Positions 1-6,077 of a stretch of 11,592 bases of DNA are shown piece by piece. Numbering within the stretch: position 1 is the first letter of the stretch; every line of letters begins with the position of its first letter. A program made the translations under genes and the position numbers. Below the pieces are notes generated by a model, which saw nothing but the letters and a program-made list of their open reading frames with translations, ran no database searches and was not told the DNA's origin. The DNA comes from a virus (Duplodnaviria; Heunggongvirae; Uroviricota; Caudoviricetes): IMG/VR virus record IMGVR_UViG_2657245521_000009. One strand, given 5' to 3'.

Positions 1-116
1 AACCAAATAAGAATGGGGTATACAGGATCACTCTGAGGTATGATGACGAGCACTGCCATAAAAAACAATAAACTGTGAACAATCCCGAGGTGTAAGGAAG
101 AGTATATACTTTTCAT
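1..116 (-). CDS. Partial small hydrophobic protein; N-terminal 38 codons only, gene runs off the window start
   Basis: ATG at 116-114 (minus) preceded by AAGG 5 nt upstream; open to position 1; translation MKSIYSSLHLGIVHSLLFFMAVLVIIPQSDPVYPILIW has a hydrophobic core. Not in the ORF track because it is truncated. Confidence 0.25.
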   Translation of the reverse strand, partial: MKSIYSSLHLGIVHSLLFFMAVLVIIPQSDPVYPILIW

Positions 117-220
117 CGATGACCTTTTTAATAATGGGTTATTCTATTGGAATTAGAAAAACCACCAGCAGGCCATTACTGTCAAGCCCGGACGCTGTCT
201 GTTTTATCCGTAGCACACGT

Positions 221-253
221 ACATAAACGCGCCATCCGAACCACGATGGCGCG
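221..253 (-). terminator. Candidate intrinsic terminator after the 56-aa minus-strand gene
   Basis: Perfect 9-bp stem CGCGCCATC/GATGGCGCG (228-236 / 245-253) with 8-nt loop; on the minus strand it is followed by UUUAUGU; starts 11 nt downstream of the stop at 264-266. Confidence 0.4.
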
Positions 254-263
254 ACAGTACATC

Positions 264-434
264 TTACAGTTGGTCAGACTTTCCTTCAGGGCGTATCAGC
301 TCGTCCCGTGATTCAGGCGTTATTACAATCTGATGACTCAGCAATGGCACGACCACGAACTCACCAGAACTGAGTACGTATACAAGATATCTGCCAGGAA
401 CTTTCAACATTCTCAACAGTTCATCTGTATTCAT
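264..434 (-). CDS. Hypothetical small protein, 56 aa
   Basis: ORF-track ORF 264..497; I place the start at the internal ATG (432-434) because GGAG sits 7 nt upstream on the minus strand; the TTG at 497 and ATG at 485 lack an SD. No family recognised. Confidence 0.4.
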   Translation of the reverse strand: MNTDELLRMLKVPGRYLVYVLSSGEFVVVPLLSHQIVITPESRDELIRPEGKSDQL

Positions 435-560
435 ATTTTTGCTCCGTTGGTTAACAGATTCCCTTTCGGGAGCATTCCCTTTCATCCCTGTGCACAATCT
501 TTTTAAAACAGTGCCGGTACGCGCATACAGGTTTGTTAGAATGTCTGTTAATAGAGCAAA

Positions 561-767
561 TCAGATATCACTCTCCCCAAGGCTCCTGCATTCAAAGTTC
601 TCCAGTTTCACATGTTCACCGGCAGTACGGCCCGCCTCTTTAGGCTTATAAAAACGCATTTCGCACTGTTTCTGGGTCAGTCTGGTTTCGGAGTAAAATG
701 ACCAGGCCACAGGCGGATTGCCTGCTTTATGGATAGTTGCTGTAATTTTGTATTTTTTCCCTTTCAT
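561..767 (-). CDS. Hypothetical small basic phage protein, 68 aa
   Basis: ORF 561..767 with ATG start; weak SD; K/R-rich product MKGKKYKITATIHKAGNPP...; sits in the position of lambdoid nin-region small genes. Family not recognised. Confidence 0.45.
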   Translation of the reverse strand: MKGKKYKITATIHKAGNPPVAWSFYSETRLTQKQCEMRFYKPKEAGRTAGEHVKLENFECRSLGESDI

Positions 768-803
768 ACTTACTGCCGAAAAATGTGTTGATTATTTACA
801 CAG

Positions 804-848
804 ATTCGTATCACAAGCAGCCAGGAGTATCCAAGCAGGATATGAAGG
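804..848. repeat. Copy A of a shared element ATTCGTATCACA(A/T)GCAG...GATATG
   Basis: 804-820 ATTCGTATCACAAGCAG matches 5924-5940 at 16/17 positions; 839-845 GATATGA matches 5941-5946 plus one base after 5947, where copy B has an extra T. Copy A carries an 18-nt insert (821-838) that partly duplicates the motif. Lies 37-81 nt upstream of the start of the 561..767 gene (minus sense). Confidence 0.6.
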
Positions 849-869
849 TAACCCAGTATGTTACCTTCA
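843..869 (-). terminator. Strong hairpin just after the stop of the 246-aa gene; possible terminator or attenuator
   Basis: Perfect 10-bp stem TGAAGGTAAC/GTTACCTTCA (843-852 / 860-869) with 7-nt loop; 14 nt downstream of the minus-strand stop at 883-885; 3' flank on the minus strand is only weakly U-rich. Confidence 0.3.
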
Positions 870-882
870 CTGTCTGATATCA

Positions 883-1623
883 TCATTCGGTACTAAGCCC
901 CTGCCACAACGCCCTGTTACCAGGTTTATGCACTTGCCGGGAAATCTCACGGCACTTTTTCAGACGTTTCAGTTTTGCTTCCGTCCTGCGAATTTCAGCG
1001 CTGATCGCCCGTGGTGTAGGGATGACAACGTCGTCGTGCCGCCGTTCTGTGAATGACGGTATCGACTGAATAAGGTCTGCAACGTTATCTGTTGAGGCTT
1101 CAGCAGCAGTTACTGATGCCGCTAACTTTATTGCTTCAGGTTGCGGCGCAGGATTATCGTCGCGCCCCATGGCTGAACAGGCTTTCTGTTTCTCCGGTAA
1201 ACCATCATCAGGCAGACTGTAACGAAACTTGCCATCATGATTAATCCGCAAAAGACGCCCCTTTCCCGTAGCCATCGCCAGCGTGGAGGCAACCTTCCTG
1301 GCTGTTGTGCTGAAGCGCCTGGACAGTTCATCCGCCGTCTGTGGGCCGTGTTTTCGGATAGCGTCTGTCAGCTGCTTCTCATCGATTTTCATAACCGTTT
1401 CCACTGGTGTTACAGGGTTCACTATTTTTTCTTTGGCAACGTCAGTCAGTTCCTTTTCCGGTCCGGACAGAGACCAGTAGCCGTTCAGGAATATCACCCT
1501 GCCTGAGTCTTCCTGCTCACGCAGCATTTCCAGAACATCTTTTGTCTCGATGAGCAGGCGTGCTGCGACCTCGCGAGCAGTGGCTTTTCCCATCGCTTTC
1601 AGTGCATCAGTCACTGTTTCCAT
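883..1623 (-). CDS. Phage protein with two tandem ~50-aa winged-helix-like repeats, 246 aa (DUF1627-like is a tentative recollection)
   Basis: ORF 883..1698; I prefer the ATG at 1623 (AGGAGA 8 nt upstream, 24 nt after the DnaC-like stop) over the overlapping start at 1698. Internal repeat visible in the protein: TDALKAMGKATAREVAARLL...GRVIFLNGYWSL and TDAIRKHGPQTADELSRRFS...GRLLRINHDGKFRYSL. Confidence 0.6.
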   Translation of the reverse strand: METVTDALKAMGKATAREVAARLLIETKDVLEMLREQEDSGRVIFLNGYWSLSGPEKELTDVAKEKIVNPVTPVETVMKIDEKQLTDAIRKHGPQTADELSRRFSTTARKVASTLAMATGKGRLLRINHDGKFRYSLPDDGLPEKQKACSAMGRDDNPAPQPEAIKLAASVTAAEASTDNVADLIQSIPSFTERRHDDVVIPTPRAISAEIRRTEAKLKRLKKCREISRQVHKPGNRALWQGLSTE

Positions 1624-1646
1624 TGACAATTTCTCCTGTGATTCAG

Positions 1647-2387
1647 TCAGGGCCGGTTGACGTTTTTTCGCCAGCTTTCCCAGCCAAAATTTACCCATCG
1701 GCCACCGTTCATGGACATTCTGTCCATCACCCGCTGACCTGCCAGCTTAGTCAGTGCATCATGGTTCAGGTTGGTCAGCATTCCGACGCTGCGCAGGGAT
1801 GCGGTCCGGCGATCAACAATCTGGTGCAGGATGACCTGCTCGTTGCGTGTCTCACGCTGCACACCAACCTCATCAAGGATCAGCAGGTCCACTCCGCACA
1901 GCTCCTTCAAAAATTTTTCACCCGAATTTCCATCATCGTACCCGGCATGAAGCGCACTCATCACGTCGGCGACGGTGATAACAATCACACTGCGTCCGGC
2001 GTTCATCAGGCGGTTACCTATGGCGGCGGCCAGATGATTTTTGCCGGTACCAGGCTTACCGCTGAACACAAAATTTGTACAACCGGTATCCAGTTCAGCA
2101 GCTATGGATTTGGCCTGGCTGAGCGCATGCTTCTGGCCGTCATTCTGCACCCGGTAATTCTTGAACGAGCATCTGCGATGCAGTGGCTGAATACCGGCCC
2201 GACCGAAGATTTTTTCGGCCCTGGTCTGGCGGTTAAGTCGGTCAATTTCCTCGCAGCGTCTGCGCCCTTCGGCTAGCTGCCATTCCCGCCACTCCCCCGG
2301 CGTCCGGAACGGTGCGGAACTGTTGGCCGACCGTGGCGCCAGTTTCCTGATGCGGGCCAGAATCCCGGTATCTGCGATGTTTCTCAT
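1647..2387 (-). CDS. DnaC/IstB-like AAA+ helicase loader (phage replication protein), 246 aa
   Basis: Walker A GKPGTGKNHLAAAIG and Walker B LLILDEVG in the translation; directly follows the replication organizer gene with a 6-nt gap; SD GGGGGTGA upstream. Confidence 0.85.
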   Translation of the reverse strand: MRNIADTGILARIRKLAPRSANSSAPFRTPGEWREWQLAEGRRRCEEIDRLNRQTRAEKIFGRAGIQPLHRRCSFKNYRVQNDGQKHALSQAKSIAAELDTGCTNFVFSGKPGTGKNHLAAAIGNRLMNAGRSVIVITVADVMSALHAGYDDGNSGEKFLKELCGVDLLILDEVGVQRETRNEQVILHQIVDRRTASLRSVGMLTNLNHDALTKLAGQRVMDRMSMNGGRWVNFGWESWRKNVNRP

Positions 2388-2393
2388 GGCTTG

Positions 2394-3311
2394 TCACCCC
2401 CTGAAACCCGGTGGAATGGTTGTGTCCGGTGGCGAAATATCCTGAATCCTGGTCGGGCTGTCGCGGCCACGATTGCCTCCCCGGTCCTGGTCTTTTGCCA
2501 GCCAGCCGGTGATAAATTTCCTGATGCCTCGGGCGGTTTTTCGTCGTCGTCGTTCGCTGAGCAGCCATCCGCGCTGATTACGCAGTGCCTGCCGGACGTC
2601 GACCGCCGGATACAGCGTCTCAAACTCGACAACCATCGATTCGGTCACGGAAAATTCAGAACCGTCGTTGAGCGGAAGCCGAATAAACTCAGGGTCATCA
2701 GGCGGTGTTGATGGCACACCAGCGCTCAGAGGCCGACGCTCAGGTCCGACATGGGCTGGTCCGGTACCATCGGGCAAACTCGCACCCTGTGACCCGAAAT
2801 TTTCATCCAGTTGCGTGGGGCTGATTTTTTCAGCTCCGCGCAAGAGGTTTTGATCTTTTAGATCTGTTTCTTTATCTTTATCTGGATCTTTATTAGTTGC
2901 CTTTGTGTTGGGCTCCTGTTCAAACACAGAACCAACACCTGTTGAACATGTGTTATTTTCGCTGGCAGATTGTGCTTCCTTCCTGTTCCTTCTTGACTGA
3001 ACAGATGCTTTTCCTGCTGCAGACTTTTTCGCTAAGGTTTCCCTGACCGAATGAAGATCATCTTCAATACGCTTGTGAACCCACTCCGTGCCGTTATCAG
3101 TAAAAAATTCTCTCAACGACTCTTCTACGGCTCCCCAACGCTCACTGCTAACCCGGGCAATCTTTGCCAGCCTGTTTTTCGGTATAGCCCTTCCGGTCTG
3201 CCAGTAATTGAACATCAGCAGTAAATAGGCCCCATGCTCCTCGGTTGAAAGATGCATTGTGTCAGCCAAGTAATCAGCGATATAAAGCTGCATGTATGGA
3301 AGTGCCGCCAT
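2394..3311 (-). CDS. Phage replication initiation/organizer protein (DUF1376/YdaU-like N-terminal domain; lambda O analogue), 305 aa
   Basis: N-terminus MAALPYMQLYIADYLADTMHLSTEEHGAYLLLMFNYWQTG fits the DUF1376 pattern from memory; K/D-rich low-complexity linker; sits upstream of the DnaC-like gene as in O-P type replication modules; SD GAGG before the ATG at 3311. Confidence 0.75.
   Translation of the reverse strand: MAALPYMQLYIADYLADTMHLSTEEHGAYLLLMFNYWQTGRAIPKNRLAKIARVSSERWGAVEESLREFFTDNGTEWVHKRIEDDLHSVRETLAKKSAAGKASVQSRRNRKEAQSASENNTCSTGVGSVFEQEPNTKATNKDPDKDKETDLKDQNLLRGAEKISPTQLDENFGSQGASLPDGTGPAHVGPERRPLSAGVPSTPPDDPEFIRLPLNDGSEFSVTESMVVEFETLYPAVDVRQALRNQRGWLLSERRRRKTARGIRKFITGWLAKDQDRGGNRGRDSPTRIQDISPPDTTIPPGFRG
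2851..2895. other. Candidate replication origin iterons inside the organizer gene
   Basis: ATCTTT(T)A-type repeats starting near 2853, 2862, 2874, 2886 (10-12 bp spacing) with three GATC sites within 40 bp. Caveat: the same DNA encodes the KDPDKDKETDLKD linker, so the repetition may be purely coding. Confidence 0.25.
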
Positions 3312-3361
3312 AACGCCTCGCTACGCTCTTTTCCGTTCGGTCTGAATACAAAAATTAATAC

Positions 3362-3378
3362 TCACTGGTCATGTCTCT
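3362..3378 (-). repeat. Copy 1 of the 17-nt element AGAGACATGACCAGTGA (minus-strand sense)
   Basis: Plus strand 3362-3378 TCACTGGTCATGTCTCT is identical over 17 nt to 3951-3967; embedded ATG is 61 nt upstream of the organizer gene start (3311) and opens a mini-ORF MTSEY. Confidence 0.7.
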
Positions 3379-3451
3379 CTGTTTGGTGCCGAACCTCCTG
3401 CTGGTGCTAGCCTGCTGATTCCCCAACCAACAGAACCACAGGAGGTTCGAC

Positions 3452-3664
3452 ATGTCAGATACAAAACTTAAAAATGGATTAACGCCTGAACAAATGGCAC
3501 ACGATATCGCTATGGTGCTCATCGGGAACCCATCCCATGAATGGCTTTCGGATAATGCGACCAAAACTCGTAGCACTGAATTAGCAATGAGCGCTGTAGC
3601 AGAAGAAGTCATGAACATGGAAAAACATCTTGCTGCAGCTCTTCATCAGTACACGGAGAACTAA
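3452..3664 (+). CDS. Hypothetical small acidic protein, 70 aa, encoded antisense within the early-right (minus-strand) operon
   Basis: Consensus SD AGGAGG 6 nt before ATG 3452; followed 9 nt after the TAA stop by a strong intrinsic terminator; the overlapping minus-strand ORF 3355..3618 has antisense-like composition. No family recognised. Confidence 0.55.
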   Translation: MSDTKLKNGLTPEQMAHDIAMVLIGNPSHEWLSDNATKTRSTELAMSAVAEEVMNMEKHLAAALHQYTEN

Positions 3665-3672
3665 TCCGCATC

Positions 3673-3700
3673 AAAGGTCGCTGAGTTCGCGACCTTTTTT
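3673..3700. terminator. Rho-independent terminator between convergent genes; strong for plus-strand RNA, partial for minus
   Basis: Stem AAAGGTCGC/GCGACCTTT (3673-3681 / 3689-3697), 7-nt loop, T6 run 3695-3700. On the minus strand the same hairpin has only UUUGAUG after it, so it could act as a tR1-like partial terminator. Confidence 0.7.
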
Positions 3701-3921
3701 CAGTCCACTCCAGTAGGCATCCCCAACCATTTTTTTATATCGCTATAACTCAGCGTTATGGGCTGATTTTTGCCGGACTCTTCAACCGGTATGGTATGTT
3801 CCTCTTCAAATTTCTTTTCGAAGGTACGCATGTGCTCACGCCAGGCATTTCGATCTTCGATCGCTTCTTCCCTCCGGTTCAGTCTGGCGTAATACCGTTC
3901 CTGCTCAGTCAACGTTTTCAT
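3700..3921 (-). CDS. Hypothetical small protein, 73 aa
   Basis: ORF 3700..3954; start set at ATG 3921 because AGGAG lies 5 nt upstream; charged, helix-prone product MKTLTEQERYYARLNRREEAIEDRNAWREH... Confidence 0.5.
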   Translation of the reverse strand: MKTLTEQERYYARLNRREEAIEDRNAWREHMRTFEKKFEEEHTIPVEESGKNQPITLSYSDIKKWLGMPTGVD

Positions 3922-3937
3922 TACTTCTCCTGCATGG

Positions 3938-4441
3938 TTACAACAGATGGTCACTGGTCATGTCTCTGATACTGCTGGCGGTAACTGCTTCGTAGCGTCT
4001 GTATTGCTTGTATGGCTTCATCACACTCCCGTTCAAAATCCGTAACAGGCGCACCAAGAAGTACCGCATTTGCCACTGCGGTTTTTTTAAAAACTGTGTA
4101 AGCAGATACTCGATGCTATGCCCTGCCGTGACCTGCTTATGCAGCTCCGGCGCGTGTATCCGGATTGCTTCAAGAACTGCGGGGATTAGCGCTGAAAACT
4201 TTTCGCGGTGCTCTGTCGTTTCGAGTTTTCGCCATCGCTGAAAAATGTTTATACGATTCCGGCGCCATGCTTCGTAATCCACCGTTCCGTCATCACGTTC
4301 TATACGGTGGACAGCAATATCTGGTCTCACTTGCTGTTCCAGAAAGGCGCGGGTGATCAACTGTGTTGCACTTTCCTGACTCATTGCGGGTGTAGCCAGC
4401 CAGGATGACAGTGCTTTGTTGGCATCCTCAGGGGTGATCAT
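3938..4441 (-). CDS. CII-like regulator, YdaT-family (tentative), 167 aa
   Basis: Immediately downstream of the Cro-like gene, overlapping its stop by 14 nt; SD AGGTG 7 nt before ATG 4441; position and size match ydaT of Rac-type immunity regions. Family assignment is from recollection, not a search. Confidence 0.55.
   Translation of the reverse strand: MITPEDANKALSSWLATPAMSQESATQLITRAFLEQQVRPDIAVHRIERDDGTVDYEAWRRNRINIFQRWRKLETTEHREKFSALIPAVLEAIRIHAPELHKQVTAGHSIEYLLTQFLKKPQWQMRYFLVRLLRILNGSVMKPYKQYRRYEAVTASSIRDMTSDHLL
3951..3967 (-). repeat. Copy 2 of the 17-nt element AGAGACATGACCAGTGA (minus-strand sense)
   Basis: Identical 17-mer to 3362-3378; overlaps the last codons of the CII-like gene; embedded ATG is 40 nt upstream of the 73-aa gene start (3921). 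Confidence 0.7.
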
Positions 4442-4703
4442 CGTTGTTCACCTCTCTCGCATCCTTTAGTGGTAGATTTTGATGGCTAGGCAAAGCATCC
4501 GTTGGATTAGGGTAAAGAACTGAGTCGAGCTGATGCGGTGTAACTGCATACCCTACGGCCTCACAAAAAGGAATAATTCGTCGCGGTGGGAATTTTCCTG
4601 TTGTAACCCATAGACTTACGTTTTGCTGACTAGTTTTAAGACGTCGGGCGATCTCGGTCTGATTAGTGATGCCGAATAGTCGGCTCCTGGTTTTAAATTC
4701 CAT
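4428..4703 (-). CDS. Cro-like HTH regulator, YdaS-family pattern, 91 aa
   Basis: HTH segment GITNQTEIARRLKTSQQNVSLWV followed by the P..R...EAVGY.V....L motif typical of YdaS-like proteins; GGAGG 4 nt before ATG 4703; divergent from the repressor gene across a 102-bp operator region. Confidence 0.7.
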   Translation of the reverse strand: MEFKTRSRLFGITNQTEIARRLKTSQQNVSLWVTTGKFPPRRIIPFCEAVGYAVTPHQLDSVLYPNPTDALPSHQNLPLKDAREVNNDDHP

Positions 4704-4805
4704 ATATCCTCCAAATGTCACACTTGTATAAATACAGCATGAACTTGTATTTTACAAATTTAAATTTGTGTGACGCTAACAAAATTTACTTGTAAAATAT
4801 GAGGT
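4704..4805. promoter_or_regulatory. Divergent promoter/operator region between the cro-like and cI-like genes (OR-like)
   Basis: AT-rich; perfect 16-bp palindrome ACAAATTTAAATTTGT (4754-4769); TTGTA-N3-TACAA inverted repeat (4745-4757); ACTTGTA half-sites at 4722-4728, 4743-4749, 4788-4794; TTGTAAAAT present in both orientations (candidate -10 elements); TAAAAT 4793-4798 ends 7 nt before the repressor ATG. Confidence 0.6.
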
Positions 4806-5240
4806 ATGAAAAAAAACAACGAATCAGCTCAATACGAGACTTCAGCCAGAAGGATCAAACAGGTCCTGTATGAATTAGGCTGGAACCAAAGTCGCCTGGC
4901 TAAAGAAATTGGGGTTTCAGCTCAGGCGGTACAACAATGGGCAAAAGGTACTTCTCGACCGAATGGCCCTAATCTAACTCGACTTTCTGAAGTCACAAGC
5001 AAACCTGAAGCATGGTTTTTCAGTGATGTCAGCGGGTTATCTGAGAGTCATGCAGTACATTTACCAGAAAGTAATGGTTCAGACTTTCTCCCGCTTAGCG
5101 ATGAAGAGATCAGACTGCTAACTGTCTTCAGGAAATTTCCTTCTGTAGAGAGTAAAAACATGCTGTTAGCGTTTGAGATGAGACTTCAGGAGATAAAAGA
5201 ATACTATTCCAAATACGCTAATCCCAATAAAAACCGATAG
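4806..5240 (+). CDS. CI/RacR-like prophage repressor, HTH_XRE N-terminal domain, no S24 peptidase domain, 144 aa
   Basis: HTH QSRLAKEIGVSAQAVQQWAKG; divergent from the cro-like gene; C-terminal 60 aa lack an Ala-Gly cleavage site and Ser-Lys dyad; candidate -10 immediately upstream suggests a short or absent leader. Confidence 0.8.
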   Translation: MKKNNESAQYETSARRIKQVLYELGWNQSRLAKEIGVSAQAVQQWAKGTSRPNGPNLTRLSEVTSKPEAWFFSDVSGLSESHAVHLPESNGSDFLPLSDEEIRLLTVFRKFPSVESKNMLLAFEMRLQEIKEYYSKYANPNKNR

Positions 5241-5266
5241 TCTCCTTCTTTCCTCCCCCAACAATC

Positions 5267-5293
5267 ACAAGCCTGCTTGAAATGCAGGCTTGT
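5267..5293. terminator. Strong hairpin after the repressor gene; possible terminator lacking a U tract
   Basis: Perfect 10-bp stem ACAAGCCTGC/GCAGGCTTGT (5267-5276 / 5284-5293) with 7-nt loop; no T run on either strand, so function is uncertain. Confidence 0.3.
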
Positions 5294-5299
5294 TACACC

Positions 5300-5420
5300 T
5301 CGCATAATAAAACACTTAAATTTCATACAATTAAAAATTTTTAGTGATTTTCTCACTTTAAACACTTGTATTTATCAAATCCATTTTGTAGATTGATTGT
5401 ACAAATCCTCTAGCAACACA
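5300..5420 (+). promoter_or_regulatory. Candidate left operator/promoter (OL/PL-like) for the plus-strand early operon
   Basis: AT-rich; 10-mer ACACTTGTAT (5362-5371) is identical to 4720-4729 in the cro/cI intergenic region; further TTGTA half-sites at 5386-5390 and the palindrome TTGTACAA at 5397-5404. Confidence 0.45.
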
Positions 5421-5476
5421 TGCGCGACAGGTAAACGTTCCGCCGACGGGCGTAAAACAAAGATGAGGACGACAGA

Positions 5477-5665
5477 GTGGACAAGACTGAACTGAAACAC
5501 ATTATCGCCCTGCTCCTGGAAGATGCAAAACGTCTTCAGCAGGTTGAACCAAATGCAGGCACTGAGGCCCGCATATGGTTGGCTAATAAAACACTTAATT
5601 CATTCAGAGAGTTAAGCGGTTTTGCAAGAGGGTCAGGTATCTCTACCGAACACCAACTTTCTTAG
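5477..5665 (+). CDS. Hypothetical small protein, 62 aa, GTG start
   Basis: GTG 5477 with GAGG 8 nt upstream; first ORF after the OL/PL-like region; 3' end overlaps the convergent zinc-ribbon gene by 23 nt, which lowers confidence. Confidence 0.35.
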   Translation: MDKTELKHIIALLLEDAKRLQQVEPNAGTEARIWLANKTLNSFRELSGFARGSGISTEHQLS

Positions 5666-5831
5666 CTAGCGCCTCCATAATAATAGAATGTCGTTCGCTA
5701 AGAATGCCGATTGCCGCCCCGCAAAGTGCACACTGAACGAAGTGAATAATGTGACTGCAATTTTTCACTGAGGAATTGGTTTTTAACTCAAAAGAAGTTG
5801 ATGGGCATTTTGGACAGGTTGTTACAGCCAT
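5643..5831 (-). CDS. Small zinc-ribbon protein (C-x2-C ... C-x2-C), 62 aa
   Basis: Translation MAVTTCPKCPSTSF...VQCALCGAAIG has Cys 6, 9, 34, 37; GGAGGG 6 nt before ATG 5831; transcribed against the plus-strand early operon. Confidence 0.55.
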   Translation of the reverse strand: MAVTTCPKCPSTSFELKTNSSVKNCSHIIHFVQCALCGAAIGILSERHSIIMEALAKKVGVR

Positions 5832-5923
5832 ATTTTACCCTCCACGGGGTCGATGTTGGTGGAGTTCCCGACGGACGAGGTCGGGAATGTGCGCCGGACA
5901 CAGGTATAAATCCGGCATACGAA

Positions 5924-5950
5924 ATTCGTATCACATGCAGGATATGTATT
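5924..5950. repeat. Copy B of the shared element ATTCGTATCACA(A/T)GCAG...GATATG
   Basis: Contiguous 27-mer ATTCGTATCACATGCAGGATATGTATT matching copy A (804-848) apart from the insert in A; lies 93-119 nt upstream of the zinc-ribbon gene start (minus sense). Confidence 0.6.
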
Positions 5951-6077
5951 TAAACACGAGCACATAACCGAAAACGCACTACGCAGAACCTTCCTTGTCG
6001 GGTCTGTCGTTAAATTTACTGCGATAGTGCGTTTCCGGTTATGAGTGAAAATCATAACAGTGCTGTGTGTAGTCTTT

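Noticed and set aside
439-651. Plus-strand 70-aa ORF between two minus-strand small genes
   Set aside because: Overlaps the start region of the 56-aa minus-strand gene, has no SD, and has antisense-like composition.
718-1506. Plus-strand ORFs (718..1056, 1237..1506, 1283..1480) and minus-strand ORF 1128..1331
   Set aside because: All overlap the well-supported 246-aa minus-strand gene (1128..1331 in an alternate frame, the others antisense); low-complexity, start-poor translations typical of shadow ORFs.
1560-2853. ORFs overlapping the replication genes (1560..2276 +, 2242..2568 -, 2384..2632 -, 2391..2711 +, 2668..2853 +)
   Set aside because: They overlap the DnaC-like and organizer genes, which have clear motifs and SDs; the overlapping frames are Arg/Pro/Gly-rich with no SD.
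3355-3618. Minus-strand 87-aa ORF overlapping the plus-strand 70-aa gene
   Set aside because: Cys/Ser/Leu-rich antisense-like composition, no SD, and its C-terminus is simply the 17-nt element read in frame; the plus-strand ORF has a consensus SD and terminator.
4008-4408. Plus-strand ORFs antisense to the CII-like gene (4008..4241, 4165..4356, 4208..4408)
   Set aside because: Cys-rich antisense-like composition, mutually overlapping, no SD.
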